Source: a virus
DNA: 10,318 nucleotides
Strand: one strand, 5' to 3'
UHGV virus genome: UHGV-1824378
Shown here: positions 7,344-10,318 of the stretch, piece after piece
Position numbering within the stretch: position 1 is the first letter of the stretch
Layout of the letters: every line of letters starts with the position of its first letter
Made by a program: the position numbers and the translations under genes
Notes under the pieces: generated by a model
Databases searched by the model: none
What the model saw: the letters and a program-made list of their open reading frames with translations, nothing else
What the model was told of the DNA's origin: nothing

Positions 7344-9023
7344 TTAAATTCCAAATTCCTGTAATGGACCTGGTATTTCCTCTTCTGGTTTCCAGTTCTT
7401 ATCTGTCAGCATGTCTAAACATGGATGCAAAACAAGCCCGTTACTTTCCAGAATCTGTCTATCATTGATAGTTTTCAAATCAATGAATATCCGGCCTTTC
7501 CTCGTTCCTCTTGAATTTTCTATTACAACTCTCTGGGTCTTTCCATCGATGTATTCCAGTACAAACAAGTTTTTGTTTCTGTCAATCCTGCTACACCCGA
7601 TCCGCTTTAGAGCTTGCTTAATCTTAAACCGGACCTTTAGTCGTTCCTCGTTGTAAACATCTTCTAAATCAAATTCTGCGAGCTTCTCCCAGCCTTGAGA
7701 GTCAACAGAATACATTTCCTCTTCTGCCATCTTGATCTGATTGTAGAGTGTTTCACGCTCGCTATTGAGGGTAGTAATCTGATCGGCTAGCTCCTTCGTT
7801 GCTCCTGTCATAGCAGAAAGGGCAATCAGGTTATCAATCTTGCGTGATATTTCATCAACCTGTACTTTCAACGCCGGAACCGGATTAGCCTTATCCTCAG
7901 CAATCCAGATTTTATCAGCCAGCAATTGCAATACAGCTTTCTCTAATTGATCCCCTCGAAAACTCCAGTTTGGATGCTCGCAATCAAGTCTACGTGAACG
8001 GGTCGCATCACATGTATAACGATACTGGTCAGAACGTTTGTTTGTTCCCTTCACTTTAACCATAGCGCAACCGCAATGATCACATTTCAATAGGCCAATG
8101 CCACTAAGCAGGGGGATCGGTTTAACTTCTTCCTTGTCTCCAAAGTTCCATGCTCTAGCACCAATATTTTTCTTAAGGTGATAGAACGTAGCATCATCAA
8201 TAACACGAGGGTAATAATCCTTTAACTCATAGTTAACACCATCAACAGAGACCTCCTTGATACCAATCAAAGCGCGGGTATGGAACAACCTTTCAACCAT
8301 TGCCCGTGACCATTTTGAATGCTTCTTGTTGCTTACTGCTGGTGGTGGTGCATATGTCTCGTTAAGGTGATCCAGTATTTCGGCGGTTGAACGTCCATTC
8401 TTCCGTAATTCCACAATCTCCTGAACAACAGGGAAGTATGTAGGATGAGGCAACACATAACCGGAAGTGGTATCAGTCCACCACATATTCTTTCCAACTT
8501 CCTCGATAGCCACTGCCGGATTTTGTGGATTTTCTTGATGAGCTTTAATCTTAATCAATGCGCTTGAGTTAGTACGATTGCGCTTAGTCTGACTTTCCTC
8601 ATTACCACGGATGAATAAAAGGATGGAGAACATCAGGTCCATCGGATTAGCGGTAACAGTATCCAGCGAGTAGATCTTGTTATCCATGCCAGTAACAATG
8701 GTTATTCCCCTACGGATGATTGAAAGGAATAACTCCTGCGCACTGACAATATCGGCACGGGATAAGCGGTCCAAGTTTTCAATGAATAGCCAGCTACCAA
8801 CAGGAACGGATCTACCAATTGCATCAAGGAAACGAGATAGCGCCCCTGTTTTAGAGTTAGCACCCTTAAACGCAGATACACCCAGATCCTGATAATCATT
8901 TACCAGTTCAAGGTCATACTTTGCCGCAACCTCTCTCGCCATCCTGATTTGTCGTTCATAACTCGAACCATCATTCTGACGCATAGACGAGAAGCGAATA
9001 TACGAATACAGTTTAGTTTTCAT
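7344..9023 (-). CDS. Large serine recombinase (serine integrase / resolvase superfamily), 559 aa
   Basis: N-terminal catalytic domain motifs YSYIRFSSMRQ (catalytic Ser), DLGVSAFKG and ENLDRLSR; Cys-rich zinc-ribbon (CDHCGCAMVKVKG...YTCDATRSRRLDCEHP); C-terminal coiled-coil. The size and domain order match large serine recombinases. Confidence 0.88.
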   Translation of the reverse strand: MKTKLYSYIRFSSMRQNDGSSYERQIRMAREVAAKYDLELVNDYQDLGVSAFKGANSKTGALSRFLDAIGRSVPVGSWLFIENLDRLSRADIVSAQELFLSIIRRGITIVTGMDNKIYSLDTVTANPMDLMFSILLFIRGNEESQTKRNRTNSSALIKIKAHQENPQNPAVAIEEVGKNMWWTDTTSGYVLPHPTYFPVVQEIVELRKNGRSTAEILDHLNETYAPPPAVSNKKHSKWSRAMVERLFHTRALIGIKEVSVDGVNYELKDYYPRVIDDATFYHLKKNIGARAWNFGDKEEVKPIPLLSGIGLLKCDHCGCAMVKVKGTNKRSDQYRYTCDATRSRRLDCEHPNWSFRGDQLEKAVLQLLADKIWIAEDKANPVPALKVQVDEISRKIDNLIALSAMTGATKELADQITTLNSERETLYNQIKMAEEEMYSVDSQGWEKLAEFDLEDVYNEERLKVRFKIKQALKRIGCSRIDRNKNLFVLEYIDGKTQRVVIENSRGTRKGRIFIDLKTINDRQILESNGLVLHPCLDMLTDKNWKPEEEIPGPLQEFGI

Positions 9024-9029
9024 ACCATT

Positions 9030-9072
9030 TCCAAAACAAAAAGCCCCTACCGCGTATTATAACGATAGGGGC
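9030..9072 (-). terminator. Rho-independent terminator (minus strand) downstream of the 9089-9334 gene
   Basis: Stem gccccta (9043-9049) / taggggc (9066-9072) with 10-nt loop; on the minus strand it is followed by TTTTTGTTTT (plus 9030-9042). Confidence 0.55.
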
Positions 9073-9084
9073 ATTGGTTAGTAA
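9051..9084 (-). promoter_or_regulatory. Candidate sigma70-type promoter for the serine recombinase, embedded in the terminator hairpin
   Basis: Minus strand reads TTACTA (9084-9079), 17-nt spacer, TATAAT (9061-9056), then ACGCG (9055-9051), about 30 nt upstream of ATG 9023. Same TATAATACGCG 11-mer as at 6003-6013. Confidence 0.4.
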
Positions 9085-9088
9085 GTCA

Positions 9089-9334
9089 TTAATATTTCTT
9101 TCCAGTTAGTTTTGCATCACGTTTATTAATATCCTCGATATGACTCCATACACACGCAGTAATAAAGTCGTCATCGTCACCAACTCCGGCAACCTGTGCT
9201 AATTCAGTACACAGTTGATTTAAAGAAGGTGCAACGGCAGCACGCTTGACACTATCACCCTGTACATATTGTTCGGCATTTGCAGCACCAACCAAACCCA
9301 GAGCAAGAACGATACCCGCGATAATCTTTTTCAT
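9089..9334 (-). CDS. Small secreted (signal-peptide) protein, 81 aa
   Basis: ATG at 9334 with SD gagga. N-terminus MKKIIAGIVLALGLVGAANA-EQY has a basic n-region, hydrophobic core and AxA cleavage site; mature part about 61 aa with two Cys and an acidic DDDD patch. Confidence 0.6.
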   Translation of the reverse strand: MKKIIAGIVLALGLVGAANAEQYVQGDSVKRAAVAPSLNQLCTELAQVAGVGDDDDFITACVWSHIEDINKRDAKLTGKKY

Positions 9335-9368
9335 AGTAGAATTTCCTCTTGTTATTTGAATTACGATA

Positions 9369-9376
9369 TATTTATA
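9369..9376 (-). promoter_or_regulatory. TATAAATA octamer (minus strand), candidate T4-type late promoter
   Basis: Plus-strand tatttata at 9369-9376 is TATAAATA on the minus strand, 34 nt upstream of ATG 9334 and just downstream of the stop at 9380. Confidence 0.3.
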
Positions 9377-9379
9377 TCG

Positions 9380-9505
9380 TTAAAAATTGATGCTAATTAC
9401 CAGACCAAACACAACCGCACCAATCAAATCAATCCAGTTAATACACAATCCGCTATATTCTTTCTTGAATGTCTTAGATGAAATGCCATCATGAAATTGT
9501 TTCAT
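9380..9505 (-). CDS. Putative small tail-anchored membrane protein (41 aa), not in ORF track
   Basis: Hand translation of the minus strand gives MKQFHDGISSKTFKKEYSGLCINWIDLIGAVVFGLVISINF with stop TAA at 9380-9382. ATG lies 3 nt after the upstream small-ORF stop. Short, so speculative. Confidence 0.3.
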   Translation of the reverse strand: MKQFHDGISSKTFKKEYSGLCINWIDLIGAVVFGLVISINF

Positions 9506-9508
9506 TGC

Positions 9509-9589
9509 TCACCCCATACTAACGACAAGATAAGAAAGACTAATCATAGTTGTGAGACTACCTCCCACGAATGAGATAAAAGCTAACAT
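9509..9589 (-). CDS. Putative hydrophobic micro-protein (26 aa), not in ORF track
   Basis: ATG at 9589 preceded by SD ggaga at about 7 nt; translation MLAFISFVGGSLTTMISLSYLVVSMG. Sits directly after a terminator, so expression would need read-through. Speculative. Confidence 0.22.
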   Translation of the reverse strand: MLAFISFVGGSLTTMISLSYLVVSMG

Positions 9590-9603
9590 GTTTGATTCTC
9601 CAG

Positions 9604-9632
9604 TTTAAAAAGCGGTGGGAATTACACCCACC
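9604..9632 (-). terminator. Rho-independent terminator (minus strand) after the 9647-10033 gene
   Basis: Minus strand reads GGTGGG-TGTAATT-CCCACC followed by GCTTTTT (plus-strand stem 9614-9619 / 9627-9632, T-tract complement 9607-9611), 15 nt past the stop at 9647. Confidence 0.65.
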
Positions 9633-9646
9633 AAATTAGAAATTAA

Positions 9647-10033
9647 TTAAGCACGAACGATGGTCAGAGTATCCAGCAAACCTTTTTCGTATAATTCGAA
9701 ACACGTTTTATATTGCTCAATCTGGAAACCATAGCGGGTGATCTTATTCAGTAGAACAATCGCGCTATTCTCATCTAGGTATTGTCCTTGCTTACCAATT
9801 ACATATGACTCGCGGGATAGTTTCAGCTTACGGAAACCTTTAACACCTAATTCCTTAGCCACCGCTTTAATCTCTTTAATCTCACCCTCAGCCGCAACAT
9901 ATTCAGCGTCGATAATCTCAGGTGATGATCTCAGTGCTACCAGAACTAAGGCCATTGCTTCTTCTTCGGTACGCGCAACACCAGCTTTCTCGAAAGTCAT
10001 CTCACCAAATTTACGAATCATGATATTGAACAT
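9647..10033 (-). CDS. Hypothetical protein, 128 aa
   Basis: ATG at 10033, 12 nt after the upstream stop; protein has balanced composition, whereas the overlapping plus-strand ORF 9738..10199 is Ser/Leu-rich antisense-type. Terminator follows. Confidence 0.6.
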   Translation of the reverse strand: MFNIMIRKFGEMTFEKAGVARTEEEAMALVLVALRSSPEIIDAEYVAAEGEIKEIKAVAKELGVKGFRKLKLSRESYVIGKQGQYLDENSAIVLLNKITRYGFQIEQYKTCFELYEKGLLDTLTIVRA

Positions 10034-10045
10034 TGTTTTGCTGCC

Positions 10046-10318
10046 TTACTTCTTGCTGATAAACTCTTTAGCGATAAAGTTGATTACTTCTTTCAGCTTC
10101 TTGTCTGTATCGATGCACGCCGGTAATTCTTCTTTAATCTCCTGCGGCAGATACACATTGCCTTTAAAGTGGAGGAAACCATCATTACCAATCATGTAGG
10201 AGAACATCCATTCACAATCGTTATCCGCTTCCCAGAACGCCACGGCCTCATCGCCAATCAAGGTAATGTCCATGTTGCGACGTGCTGCGTAGTTGATGAT
10301 TGCTTTACCGATGTTCAT
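10046..10318 (-). CDS. Hypothetical protein (90 aa from the ATG at the window edge; may extend beyond)
   Basis: Open frame to the last window base, where nt 10316-10318 cat = ATG. Cannot tell whether this is the true start because upstream sequence is outside the window. Confidence 0.5.
   Translation of the reverse strand: MNIGKAIINYAARRNMDITLIGDEAVAFWEADNDCEWMFSYMIGNDGFLHFKGNVYLPQEIKEELPACIDTDKKLKEVINFIAKEFISKK

Noticed and set aside
7411-8899. ORFs 7411..7656(+), 8677..8892(+), 8702..8899(-) within the recombinase gene
   Set aside because: They are embedded in or antisense to the serine recombinase ORF, which has clear catalytic motifs.
1-9023. Gin/Cin-type tail-fiber inversion system (recombinase switching fiber C-termini)
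   Set aside because: The recombinase is of the large type, lies about 5.5 kb from the fiber gene with unrelated genes between, and there are no inverted repeats flanking alternative fiber C-terminal segments.
9269-10199. Plus-strand ORFs 9269..9481 and 9738..10199
   Set aside because: Ser/Leu-rich antisense-type translations overlapping minus-strand genes that have SD sequences and terminators in the right places.
1-10318. CRISPR arrays, tRNA or rRNA genes
   Set aside because: No regularly spaced direct repeats and no cloverleaf-like or rRNA-like segments were seen; the intergenic regions are all short and explained by promoters or terminators.

Overview
The window reads as a bacteriophage genome segment, AT-rich (roughly 40% GC by eye), with tightly packed genes, a Shine-Dalgarno sequence before almost every start, and hairpin terminators exactly at operon boundaries. 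No tRNA, rRNA or CRISPR array is evident. Layout: (1) the 3' end of a large tail-fiber / tail-tip gene with internal tandem repeats (1-1845, +); (2) a five-gene plus-strand operon of small membrane and hypothetical proteins ending in a Peptidase M15-type zinc peptidase (1948-3849); (3) a convergent minus-strand operon encoding a T4 UvsW-type helicase, translationally coupled to an upstream zinc-ribbon + GIY-YIG-like (T5orf172-type) nuclease gene (3881-5940); (4) a divergently transcribed second, larger zinc-finger + T5orf172-type gene (6095-7270, +); (5) a 559-aa large serine recombinase (7344-9023, -); (6) a minus-strand run of small secreted, membrane and hypothetical genes out to the window edge. 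The most interesting part is the accessory block at about 5.4-9.1 kb: two paralogous nuclease-like genes and a large serine recombinase beside a UvsW-type helicase, with an identical 11-bp motif (TATAATACGCG on the minus strand) at 6003-6013 and 9051-9061 that bracket the recombinase plus the larger nuclease gene. Three ATAAATA heptamers sit 28-34 nt upstream of start codons and resemble T4-type late promoters. All homology statements come from motif recognition and recalled family signatures, not from database searches.
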